A stretch of 64,000 bases of DNA from contig OZ374565.1 in NCBI GenBank assembly GCA_977862235.1, positions 1,178,001-1,242,000 of the forward strand. Direction: 5' to 3'. This stretch comes from Dudresnaya verticillata. Its lineage: Eukaryota. Position 1 is the first letter of the stretch. Each line of letters opens with the position of its first letter. Positions 8,435 through 18,709 of this stretch are shown here, piece after piece. Below the pieces are notes generated by a model. The model saw only the letters and a list, made by a program, of their open reading frames with translations, was not told the DNA's origin and made no database searches. A program made the translations under genes and the position numbers.

Positions 8435-11266
8435 CTACATACTTCCCTGGCTTTCCAGGTGCCGTCGGGCCTCAGCTGTTAGCCTGGCTTGGCGAGCACC
8501 CGAGTCGATCACACTTTCTTCGTCGTTCAAGGGGCTTGCTGACGACGTTCTCACCGGCGCTCCAGCTACGGTCATCATGCTTCCGTCGTAGCTGTTGGAT
8601 CGTTGTGCTTGCGTCAGTGACTGTAAAACCCCCTTGTTCCTCGCCAGCAGATTCGACACCCGCCTCGACCCAGTCGGCGCTGCCCCTGTGCCTCCGCGAC
8701 TCTTTTTATTGGCATTCAAGTTGATAGATGGTGCCAATTCTCGCAGCAGGCGGAATACAACGTCGACATCTGGGACATAACGATCCGCGGCAGAATTGTC
8801 CGACTTTCCGCCCACACGGCATGTCATCGTCACGACGCGTCCATCTCCTGTGCGTACATAGTTGTTCAAGAACGAGAAGACATCCTCATCTGCTTTGTCG
8901 GATCCGATAGCAAACACAAAGTCAATCCCCTCTGTTGCCTCTGACAGTATTCTTTGCACCACAGCGACTCGAGAAACGCTCACAGGACGCAACTCCAGAT
9001 ACTTGTGCCCAGAGATAACCTCCACCGGCAGGTTCATACATGATTCTGACAACAGAACCTGCAATTCCTTGGCTTGCCAGGAACCAAAGAGCGGGTCTGC
9101 ATCTCGGAAGTGCCAGGTTATGATTTTCTCCTTAGTCTCGAGGTGTGCCCCAGGTGTCCTCTCGGTAAAGTACTGCAAAATGGGGATCACACCAAGCCTC
9201 CAAGATTGGTCATGGGCTGGGATCATTGTCTGCCAAGTATCTGATTCCGGATGGCGGTAATCACAACCGTGCTCGGATATCAAGCCCGCTCCCAAATTGC
9301 CAAACCAACTGTCCAGAGTTTCCTTTGAGCGCCCTGAGATAATGTACACAAAGTTGGCAGAATCTGCAGAAAGCCGTTGCAAGAAGCGACGCAAAGAAAC
9401 GGGGGGAATTGCCAAATCCGGAAGGGACACAGGTGCGCACAGAGTACCTTCATACTCCAGGAAGAATAGCCTTCTCGTTCTCACACGCAGCTCCGGTAGA
9501 ATGTCAACTGAAACGCGGAGCAGCGATTGCCGAGGCTTGTGGACATCTTGTGCTTTCATGAGACGCTCGATTTGCTGCAGCTCACTCACGAATGACCGGG
9601 CCCAAAACGCCGCAGTGTGTTTGATAACGTAATGGTACAACTTCCAATGCTTTAGGGCCCGCTCTCTTTCAGGAACCGTGAGCGCGTCCTGCATTGCCTG
9701 GGCCAGCTCTTCGATATTCCAAGGGTTTACCCTGATTGCCGAGGACAAGGACTGAGCCGAACCAGCAAACTCGGAAAGAATAAGCACGCCATGTCGCTCT
9801 TGCTGGCACACGACATACTCGTAGGATACCAGATTCATACCATCCCTAATGGAAGTAACGACAGCGACATCCGCAACAGTATATAAGGCGCACAAGTCAT
9901 CAAAATTAACCGACTGGTTGATAAACACAATCGGGGCGTACTCCACGGAACCGTACTGGGCGTTAATGCGACCGACCAGTTCATTGGTCTGGCTGATGAG
10001 CTTCTTGTACTCATCCACTTCTGTCCGCGAGGGAACTCCAATCTGCACAAGAACTACTTTTTCCTTCCACTCCGGTTGCCGTGCGAGAAGAATCTCAAAC
10101 GCCATTAGCTTGTGTGGGACACCCTTGATGTAGTCTAGCCGATCCACGCCAAGCAAAACCTTCTTGCCGCGAAACTTTTCTTCCAGCTCGAGAATGCGCT
10201 CCTTCACAGAAGGGCTCTGCAGAGCTGATATCCAGGCGTTTGGATCGATTCCAATAGGGAAGATACTGACATTTGCAAAATGGTCCTTGTACGTGACGCC
10301 CTTAGGACTCGCGTCAAGCCCAAGAATGCGGGTGCACACACTGAGAAAATGGCGGGCATAATCGTATGTATGGAAACCAATCAAGTCGGCTGCAAGGACA
10401 CCTTGAAGAACTTTGTTTCGCACGGGCAGGATGCGATACACTTCGGAACTCGGGAAAGGCGTGTGCAGGAAGAATCCAATGGTAACATCGCGAAGGCGTT
10501 TGCGCAGCAGGCTCGGCAGCAGCATGAGGTGATAGTCCTGAACCCAGACAAGGTCGCCGGGCTCATAGACCTGCATGACGGCTTCTGCAAAGCGATGATT
10601 GGCCTTGGAGTAGGCGTCCCAGTACTTGAAGTCAAATTTGCGCTCGCCATCGGAAGACACAATCGGAAGCGGGACATAGTGGAACAGAGGCCAGAGGACC
10701 TCGTTGCAGAAGCCATTGTAGTAGAGATTGGCGTCAGCGTCGCTAAGAAAGACCGGGTAACAGTTCATCTCCTCTTGAAAGCGCGTGCGCATCTCCTCCT
10801 GCTCAGTAGTAGCAACTTCAACGCCGGTCCAGCCAACCCAAACAAACGGAATCTTATTCTTAACGCCAGCAAGAGCAGACACAAGGCCGCCAGAGCTAAC
10901 GCGGAAGTTCCACTCACCAGACTCGTCCCTTGAGACAGTGACTGGGAGGCGGTTAGAGACGACGATGAGGCGGGGCGTGGGTGCGCCAGCATTGGCGAGG
11001 CCGTCGAGCTTGACGTAGGAGCGGCTGCCCGCGCTGGACGCGGCCGCGGCCGCGGCCGGCTCAAGGTCGTCGTCGTCGGGCGGCTCGCCGCGCACGGTCT
11101 CCAACTCGACGTAGAGGCGGTGGATCTTGGACAGGATCTCCTCCTCGGTGGGCTTTGCGCGGAGGTCGTCCGAGTCGTCCAGGTCCGAGTCGGTGGCGGA
11201 CACGGTGGCCGAGCGCGGCGACAGCGGGGTTGCGCCCGGCGACGGGAACGGGTGCGTGGGCGGCAT
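8435..11266 (-). CDS. TPS: Trehalose-6-phosphate synthase family (GT20) with degenerate TPP domain
   Basis: RLIVVSNRLP, SSGGLVSAL, WVGWTG, WVQDYHLMLLP, FLHTPFPSSE, DRLDYIKG, DGMNLVSYEY. C-terminal HAD domain reads EYEGTL. Confidence 0.93.
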   Translation of the reverse strand: MPPTHPFPSPGATPLSPRSATVSATDSDLDDSDDLRAKPTEEEILSKIHRLYVELETVRGEPPDDDDLEPAAAAAASSAGSRSYVKLDGLANAGAPTPRLIVVSNRLPVTVSRDESGEWNFRVSSGGLVSALAGVKNKIPFVWVGWTGVEVATTEQEEMRTRFQEEMNCYPVFLSDADANLYYNGFCNEVLWPLFHYVPLPIVSSDGERKFDFKYWDAYSKANHRFAEAVMQVYEPGDLVWVQDYHLMLLPSLLRKRLRDVTIGFFLHTPFPSSEVYRILPVRNKVLQGVLAADLIGFHTYDYARHFLSVCTRILGLDASPKGVTYKDHFANVSIFPIGIDPNAWISALQSPSVKERILELEEKFRGKKVLLGVDRLDYIKGVPHKLMAFEILLARQPEWKEKVVLVQIGVPSRTEVDEYKKLISQTNELVGRINAQYGSVEYAPIVFINQSVNFDDLCALYTVADVAVVTSIRDGMNLVSYEYVVCQQERHGVLILSEFAGSAQSLSSAIRVNPWNIEELAQAMQDALTVPERERALKHWKLYHYVIKHTAAFWARSFVSELQQIERLMKAQDVHKPRQSLLRVSVDILPELRVRTRRLFFLEYEGTLCAPVSLPDLAIPPVSLRRFLQRLSADSANFVYIISGRSKETLDSWFGNLGAGLISEHGCDYRHPESDTWQTMIPAHDQSWRLGVIPILQYFTERTPGAHLETKEKIITWHFRDADPLFGSWQAKELQVLLSESCMNLPVEVISGHKYLELRPVSVSRVAVVQRILSEATEGIDFVFAIGSDKADEDVFSFLNNYVRTGDGRVVTMTCRVGGKSDNSAADRYVPDVDVVFRLLRELAPSINLNANKKSRGGTGAAPTGSRRVSNLLARNKGVLQSLTQAQRSNSYDGSMMTVAGAPVRTSSASPLNDEESVIDSGARQARLTAEARRHLESQGSM

Positions 11267-12093
11267 TGCGCGGCGGCGGGACGGGCATCGGCGCCGCGCT
11301 GGCGGCGGGGGATGCGTGCGTGCGGGGATGCGTGCGAGCGGGGATGGCGGCGAGCTGCGAGGGGTGCGGTGGGGGCGTGCGGAGGGGCGTCCCGGACAAG
11401 GTGCGTGGAGCGGGATGCGCGGTATTGCTCATGTGGGGCCAGCACGCGCGCGAAGGGGAAGGAAGCGAAGCGAGCGGAGGGCTGTGCGAGAGAGAGAGTT
11501 TTGCGTTTGGTTTGGTTCGGCGACCGATTTTTTGAAAGGCTCTCCCTTTTTCGACGGCGCTTCGGCGCTCGCGATGGCTCAAGCGCGGCGCGGCGCAGCG
11601 CAGTGCCTCCGCCGCGCGCGCGGCGCCGCGAGCAATGAAGACACGCGGCGCGGAGCCGTTCACGCGGCGCCAACAAACCGCCGCGGTCAGTCGCGGCGCC
11701 GTCAGTCCATCCTTCCGCGCCCAATGAGCGCTGCGAGAGCCGAGAGCCGAGAGCCGCGCTCGCGCGCGCTGCCCCGACTGCCTCCGCGCGCCTCCCGCAA
11801 ATGCCGCGGCCGCGTGAGCTCTTTGAAGGCGCGCCGCCGCCTGTCGCCTCCAGCCCGTCCGTCGCAAGCCCCGCCACGCGCCGCCGGCCAAGACCAAGTC
11901 CACCGCCCAGTATGTGGCGCAGCGACGCGCCCTCAAAACTAATATATATAACATACGCGATACGCCACGCGCAGTCTGCCGCGCCTCGCACACACACTCA
12001 CACGGACAGCGCGGCGGCGCTCTACAAAATTGCAACGAGACAAGAGGCCACACCATCCCAAACAGTGCAGCCTCGTCCCCGCCACGGTCCACG

Positions 12094-13737
12094 CTATACG
12101 CCCTCCGGCCCCTCGTGGTTGATGAAGGCAATGATCGTGACAGTCGTCCCGACGATGCTGCCGACAATCCCCATCGCGATGATGCCAATGTCCTTGACCT
12201 TTGCAAACGGCCCCAGTTGGTGCCGAAACGTCACCAGGTGGAACCACGCCGGCGCCGTGTACGCCAGGCACGACGCCCCGAGCGACCCGACCAGGCTGTT
12301 GTACAGCCCAAAGTTCTTGCCGCCGGCGATGGCCACCACGCATGTCAGCAGGATGATCGCGACGCGGATCGCCACCCGCCGCTTGTCCCTCACAAACAGC
12401 CGCGCCGCAGGCGCGTCCCCGGCCACCTCCGGCGCCAATGGCGGGGCACGGGCGGCGGCCATGTCGCCGGGCTTGACCGCGACGTCGTCGTCGTCGTCGT
12501 CGTCATCGTCGTCGCCCGCGTGGCACGCGTCGGGTGCGGGCTCAGCGTGGCGCAGCTCGCGCATCTCCGTGGCGGGGCCGTCCGGGCGCGGCGGGTCGCG
12601 CAGCAGCAGCGCCTCGACAAACTGGAAGACGGGGATGATCTGTAGTGGGTAGGTGAAGAGGATGCCCACGATGAGCACGGCCTTGACGACGGCCACGACG
12701 GGCGAGTTACCAAAGTTGATGAGGATGATGGGCTGAATGTCGTCGCCGTACGTGCCAAAGCCGAGCACGCCGATGGTCATGAGGACAACCGACAGGGTGG
12801 ACAGGGCGACGCGCAGCACGAGCGGGAAGCGGTCGCGGTGGCGCATCGACGTCTCGACCGGGACGACCAGGCCGATGCCCTCGAGCGCGCCGGTCATCTG
12901 GCCGTAGAAGAGCGGAAAGTCTTTCAAGGGCGGGGAGGCCGGGTGCCAGGCGAAATGGCGCGCGATGAAGGTGACAACCGACACAAAGCCGAAGAGCAGA
13001 GCAAAGTTGGCTATGGCCGAGAACGGGCCCAGCGAGCGTATGGACGACAGCATGGCCAGGCCGACCAGGACCGGGACCGGCAGCAGCACCAGCCACACGA
13101 CGCGCACAGAGATGCCCGCCAGGGCTGGCAGCATGTCGTGCAGCGTGGTGGACAGGAAGATGAGGTAGCCCGCGCAGTAGCCAAACTGGGTGAGAACGAG
13201 CGCGGCGTTGATGAGATGCTCGGCCGGGGCGCCGCCGACAAAGCGCGCAATGTCGCCATATGTGGCCGGGGCCCCTTCCTCTCCCCCGTGCTGGTCAAGC
13301 GGCGCAGCAGCAGCAGCAGCAGCAGCAGCAGCGGTGGCAGCAGAATCGTCGCTATCCCCCTCCGGCACACTAGGCACGCGTGCATACCCCGCCGCGCCGG
13401 GCAGCAGACGTTGATGCGTGGGCATGGCGTTCTTAACTCGCACCAGGAGCAAGCAGCAGTGCTCCGTGATGAACGCGATGGCGAGAAAGGCGAGCACGCC
13501 GCGCGTGAGCCCCGCGTTGGAGAAGGCGTACGCGACGGACATGCAGTTGAGCCCGATGAAAGCCTTGAGCATGTTTCCGATGTCGAGCATGGTCTCCCTC
13601 CACGGCGGGCGCTCCGGCGGGTGCGGCGCGGGCGCGGGCGCGGGCGGCGGCGGCGGCGTGTGCATGGCGACGGGTGCGACGGGCGCGCGCTTGTGCAGCG
13701 GGGTGCGCTCGTGCGCGGCGGGCGCGTCGACGTGCAT
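12094..13737 (-). CDS. Amino acid/auxin permease family transporter (SLC36/AVT-like)
   Basis: NMLKAFIG..AYAFSNAG, TYGDIA, LTQFGYCAGYLIF, ALEGIGLVVPVETSM, FTYPLQ, and many hydrophobic segments. Confidence 0.9.
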   Translation of the reverse strand: MHVDAPAAHERTPLHKRAPVAPVAMHTPPPPPAPAPAPHPPERPPWRETMLDIGNMLKAFIGLNCMSVAYAFSNAGLTRGVLAFLAIAFITEHCCLLLVRVKNAMPTHQRLLPGAAGYARVPSVPEGDSDDSAATAAAAAAAAAAPLDQHGGEEGAPATYGDIARFVGGAPAEHLINAALVLTQFGYCAGYLIFLSTTLHDMLPALAGISVRVVWLVLLPVPVLVGLAMLSSIRSLGPFSAIANFALLFGFVSVVTFIARHFAWHPASPPLKDFPLFYGQMTGALEGIGLVVPVETSMRHRDRFPLVLRVALSTLSVVLMTIGVLGFGTYGDDIQPIILINFGNSPVVAVVKAVLIVGILFTYPLQIIPVFQFVEALLLRDPPRPDGPATEMRELRHAEPAPDACHAGDDDDDDDDDDVAVKPGDMAAARAPPLAPEVAGDAPAARLFVRDKRRVAIRVAIILLTCVVAIAGGKNFGLYNSLVGSLGASCLAYTAPAWFHLVTFRHQLGPFAKVKDIGIIAMGIVGSIVGTTVTIIAFINHEGPEGV

Positions 13738-14079
13738 GCGGCGCGGCGCGGCGGTGCGCGAGTCGCGGCGTATCGGCGAATGTCAGCACCGGCGCGTCGG
13801 GCCACGCGCAGAGCCGGTTGCGCGCGCAGATCGGATCTGCGAAGCGGAAGCGCGCGGCCAATCGTGGCCTCACATCGCGCTGACTGGCCACGAACGCTCT
13901 TTGATCCGCGAGACGCAAGCGCCTTCATGCTGCCGCGAGGGAAGCCGCGATGCTCGCGGCGGCACCGCGCGCACACCGCGCGCACCGCCTCTTCCCCGTC
14001 CCCGTCCCGCACCCCCGCCCCGCACCCCCGCCCGCCCGTCCCGCACCCCCCCCCCCCCCCCCCCCCGCACGCACCCGCC

Positions 14080-15315
14080 ATGTCTCCCACGCCGGCCTTC
14101 GTATCCGCGGTGCCCGCGCACCACGCGCTGTCGCGCGCGTCGCACGCACGCCTGTCGGCGCGTCGCGCGTCGTCGTCGCGCGCCGCGCCGCCGCGCGCGC
14201 GCCGCCACGCGCGCGCGCCCACCACCATGGTCACGGCGCCGCCGGCCGCGGCCGTCAACTCGGACACGTCCCCGATGACGCTGACGCGCTACATGATGCA
14301 GGCCGCCATGGACAACACCGACCTGGAGCACATGCAGGACATGCAGTCGCTCATGTCGTCCATCCAGCTCGCCTGCAAGAAGATCCAGTCGCTTGTGCAG
14401 CGCGCCGGCATCTCCAACCTCACCGGCTTGGAGGACGGTGGCGGGTCTGTCAACGTGCAGGGGGAGGAGCAGAAGAAGCTTGACGTCCTCTCCAACGAGG
14501 TTCTCAAGAACGCCCTGCGCTACTCGGGCAAGATGGGCATCATCGCCTCCGAGGAGGAGGACGAGCCCGTCATGGTCGACGAGTTCTTTTCCGGCAACTA
14601 CGTCGCCGTCTTCGACCCGCTGGACGGCTCCAGCAACATTGACGCTGGTATTGCCACCGGCACCATCTTTGGCATCTTTGTCCAGAACACTGGCTGCCTC
14701 GCGTCCGACTGGGAGTCCAAGATTGACGAGACAGAGCTCACCTGCCTGTACAACACCATGCAGCCCGGCGCCAACCTCGTCGCCGCGGGCTACTGCATGT
14801 ACTCCTCCTCGTGCATGATGGTCCTCACCACTGGCTCGGGCGTCAACGGCTTCACGCTCGACCCACAGATTGGCGAGTTTGTCCTCACCCATCCGGACAT
14901 CAGCATCCCGTCGCGCGGCCAAATCTACTCGTTCAACGAGGCCAATTCCCCGGCCTGGGACCCGGTCCTTCGTGAGTATGTCACCAATCTCAAAACGGGC
15001 AACAATTCTTCCGGTGCCAAGTATTCGTCGCGCTATATCGGCTCGCTCGTCGCCGACGTCCACCGCACCCTTTTGTATGGTGGCGTCTTTGGATACCCCG
15101 GCGATGCCAAAAACCCCAACGGAAAGCTCAGGCTCTTGTACGAGTGTGCCCCGATGAGCTTCATTATTGAACAGGCCGGTGGCCTCGCCACCACCGGCAC
15201 GGAGCGTGTCATGGATGTTATCCCCAATGCTGTGCATCAGCGCATGCCGCTCATCATTGGCTCCAAGGATGATGTTCAGGAGTTGCTCGACATGTACGCT
15301 AAAGAAGACAAGTAG
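14080..15315 (+). CDS. FBP: Plastid fructose-1,6-bisphosphatase (class I) with transit peptide
   Basis: True start is the ATG at 14080 (MSPTPAFV...). GEEQKKLDV, ASEE, FDPLDGSSN, RYIGSLVADVHRTL, GKLRLLYE. Cys-containing insert (GCLASD...LTCLY) as in redox-regulated plastid FBPases. Confidence 0.93.
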   Translation: MSPTPAFVSAVPAHHALSRASHARLSARRASSSRAAPPRARRHARAPTTMVTAPPAAAVNSDTSPMTLTRYMMQAAMDNTDLEHMQDMQSLMSSIQLACKKIQSLVQRAGISNLTGLEDGGGSVNVQGEEQKKLDVLSNEVLKNALRYSGKMGIIASEEEDEPVMVDEFFSGNYVAVFDPLDGSSNIDAGIATGTIFGIFVQNTGCLASDWESKIDETELTCLYNTMQPGANLVAAGYCMYSSSCMMVLTTGSGVNGFTLDPQIGEFVLTHPDISIPSRGQIYSFNEANSPAWDPVLREYVTNLKTGNNSSGAKYSSRYIGSLVADVHRTLLYGGVFGYPGDAKNPNGKLRLLYECAPMSFIIEQAGGLATTGTERVMDVIPNAVHQRMPLIIGSKDDVQELLDMYAKEDK

Positions 15316-15929
15316 CCTCCCCCCTGGTGCCTTGCACTGTGTCCCCATAAAAGATCATATGTATCTAGAAAGCCAAACACTACTTTCCGATACGATGTCG
15401 TGTTTACTCTATAGAGAGCGCCCCGGTTTGCGACTATCAGCTTGCAAAAGCTCTTCAAAGTCATATTGCTACATTCATCCCTCTTTGGCTGTATCTCAGC
15501 TTCAGTAGCGTCAAAACGTTGCAGAATGAAATCCATATACTGCACCACGCTATTTTTGAGAGTCAAACAGCCATTGCTATTTCAAAACCAGTCTACGCGT
15601 GTGCATGCACAATCGCTCCACACTCTCCCTCTCTCTTTGTCTCTCCCTCGCTTTTCGTCGCCAAATGCTTTGCCTAAAACAGTGCCCTAGAAGCAGTTTA
15701 GACAGACTCTTTTGCTGCAATACATTTGCCAAGCGCCGCCAAATATCCAACAATGACCCAAACTTCAATCCAGGTTGAGGATACAATTGCAAGTGCTAGC
15801 TTGGCACGCCTTCGCGTTTACTAGCCCCACACATCAGGAACACAACCACTTGACAAGCAACAAAAAAAAGTAGTATGCTTCTACTCTACCACGAGAACGG
15901 CCAAACTTGTCATACGGCTGCACCAAAAG

Positions 15930-16879
15930 TTACGCGCTGCCTGCCTGTCTCTGCAACCTCCGGTCCTCCTCCACCAGTCTCGCCTGAATCTCAACAACTT
16001 CAGCCTCCCTCCCGAGTAACCCAAGATGCGAGTTGTAGTCCTCGGAGCGCTCGTCCAACAGCTCCTGACGCAGCTTTTCTGCCTCAATTTGCTCGTGAGT
16101 CTTGCCGGTCTCCGTGGCATGCGCCGAAGCCAAATTCGCCGTATCCGCAGCGATCTGCAACAGTCCCTCCTTCTCCTCCGCCGTCAAAGCACGCTCCTTC
16201 GTCGCAGGGACGCCACTCCACAGTTCTCCATCACCGATCTTCGTGCCCGGGGCAACATAGCTGCCCGGACCAACCATGCTACTAGCACCGATCACGGCAC
16301 CCTTCGCGACGACTGCAGATGGGCCGATGACGGAGGCAGCTCCGACAGCAGCGGCATCTACAACCGCGCCCGGAGAGATGGTCGCGGACGCGCCAATGCT
16401 GGAAGGAGCGTGCACAACAGCGCGGTCATGCACGCTCGCGCGCTCCCCAACGGTGATTGGGGCTGTGTCAGCGCGGACCACGGCGCCATACCACACGGAT
16501 GAGGTAGGGTGCAGCTCGACGTTTCCAATGACGGAGGCGTTGGGTGCGAGGAAGACGTCGGTGGAGATAACTGGCTTGCTGTCCTTCAAGTTCATGACCT
16601 GGCGATGGCGGCTGACTGCGGGTAAGTGCAAAATGGTGGGTCGGTGCGGAATTAGGCTGAGTTAGTCGCGAATGGAACGACTCTCGGGAAAATGAGAAGC
16701 GAAAGGAACGCAACGCTGAAGGTCGGGTGGTAGCGCAAAGCGCGGATCGCGTGGGAAGACTTACGGCGCTCGGTGAAGGCATACTTGCCTTGCAAGCGCG
16801 AGCCGGCACGATCCATGGCCTGACCGGTCTCCCGAATCATCATGCCCACGGCGTACGCGGCTCGCCGCATGGCTGACAT
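15930..16879 (-). CDS. Mitochondrial complex I gamma carbonic anhydrase family subunit; 2 exons (16879-16765, 16615-15930), 266 aa
   Basis: GMMIRETGQAMDRAGSRLQG N-terminus. Splicing the GTAAGT...ACTAAC...CAG intron (16616-16764) restores FTERLSRHRQVMNL. Hexapeptide repeats APNASVIGNV, SVWYGAVVRAD, GELWSGVPA. Confidence 0.88.
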
Positions 16880-17726
16880 GGTGCGGAGGTAGTGAAGCTC
16901 GGCGGTCAGGAAACACGGGGAGTTGGGCGGCTTGAGACGAAAAGGGGAATTGCTCGGCTGCGCTTGGTCATCGGCGGGGAGGGCGCGGGCATCGATGTTG
17001 CCGCTTCGATCCCGATGGCGATGTCGCGATCACTCACGCTCGCACGGCTGAAAATTTGCGAAAAATAGGATTGTGTGGGGCAATTGAGACTGGGAAAGGT
17101 CAATTGCGAGGCAATTGATCGGTGCGGTCTGCCACACCATGGCGAGACCTACCCCCATTGTAGCCACGGCCAGCAGGACTGCGTCGAGGTAGACGAGTTT
17201 ATCGTGTCGCCAACTTGCCTTTCATGGTGGATACAGGCAGAGTAATCTAGGTTCAGGGTTAGTAGACGATAATCAAAGATGGAACAAACGTGAAAGCACT
17301 AAGCGATGGTTTGCCTGATCGTTGAAAACAAGATTGACAGGCCAAAGTATCGTTCCCAAGCTGCGAGTTTGCGCCCTTGCGTAGTACAAGCATTGGCAGT
17401 ACAAGAAGAAAGCGCTGACTTTTTGTCCTTGTGGTTGTGGGTCTCCATGACTGCCAACTTATAGACAATGCATTGCACCTGGACACTACAAAGATCGAGA
17501 CGCAGGCGAGCGCTTCCTCGTTCTGCAGTTCGAGGCGAGTCGGTTCGGAAGTGTTCAACGGTAGGACAGGGAGGGGAATCGGGCGAACGTCATATGGAAC
17601 AGATATGGCGTGGGGCAATGGCAGATCGGCGCACGCAGAGTAACACACGCAAGCAAAAGACGGAGCAGTGCACGAGAAGCGGGCGGAACGGGCAAGGTTT
17701 ACTCTGCAACAAAAACGGGAGCCTTC

Positions 17727-18020
17727 TTAACCGCGCTTGCTACGCAAGGCCTCGGACATTTCCTCCCTCTTGCGCTTGGCGCGGATGTGGGTACCAAGGC
17801 GTTTCTTGGCAAACTTGAGGGCGCGCTTGTCCTTGCCGATGCGCAGCAGCTCGATTATGCGCTTCTCGTACGGGGCGAAGCCGCACACCTCCTTCATGAC
17901 GTCGCGCACGACCTCTGCGCGCACGGTGACCTTGCCCTTGGTGTACGACGAGCGCTTTGCGAGCGGCGTGCGCTTGGTGACGATGTGGCCCTTGTTGAGG
18001 CCGACTGGGAGACCTGCCAT
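17727..18020 (-). CDS. RPL36: 60S ribosomal protein L36 (eL36)
   Basis: [12 protein letters not shown]...[42 protein letters not shown]; 97 aa from the ATG at 18020. Confidence 0.97.
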   Translation of the reverse strand: MAGLPVGLNKGHIVTKRTPLAKRSSYTKGKVTVRAEVVRDVMKEVCGFAPYEKRIIELLRIGKDKRALKFAKKRLGTHIRAKRKREEMSEALRSKRG

Positions 18021-18672
18021 TTCTGCGACGGGGGGGGGTGGTACGGCGAGGGATGCGGTGTTTGGAAGCTGGGAAGAGGTGGCGGGAGTGAGAGCGGCGG
18101 GGGGCGGAGAAGGTCGGTCGCGGATGCGGGCGGCGAACAAGACGGCTGGCAGGCGGGGGCGCGGCGCGGGCTCGGCGCGCGCGGGCACCGGCGGCGGCGC
18201 ACACGTGTGCGCGCGCGGCGGCTTAGGGCAAAAGGTTTGGCGAAAGTCGGGCGCGGTTTGGGCGTGCGCGGCGCGCATTGGCCGCTTTGTGGGCGGCGCG
18301 CGAAAGTCGCGCGCGCGCCGAGCGCAACGGGCGGCGCGCGCGAGTTGCCGCGCGCCGCGCTGGAGGCGCGCGCCCGGCGCTGGCGCGCGCGGCGCTCGCT
18401 CGCCGCGTCAACCGCAACCGCGCTGATCCGCTGGCTGCGCAGTGGCCCTCGCCGCCGCTGTCCCACGCCGCGCCAATTGCTCCCCGCGCCCTCGCCGCCC
18501 CCTTCCACTCCCACCGGCCCCTCGCCGCCCCAACCGAAACTCTTTTCGACCCCCACCCGCCCCGCCTCCCTGCTCCTTCACCGAACCCCCTTCCCCTTCC
18601 CCCTCTAAACAACGTTGCCCTCCCCCTACCCCTACCCCCTCCCCCGCACGAGATCCGTCCCCGGACGACACG

Positions 18673-18706
<34 letters not shown>

Positions 18707-18709
18707 CTA

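Noticed and set aside
12838..14079. N-terminal extension of the 825-aa FBPase ORF
   Set aside because: Overlaps the transporter antisense and a GC-rich promoter; the real start is the ATG at 14080. The same applies to the extended ORFs for importin beta, the C2H2 factor, LARP and RPL36.
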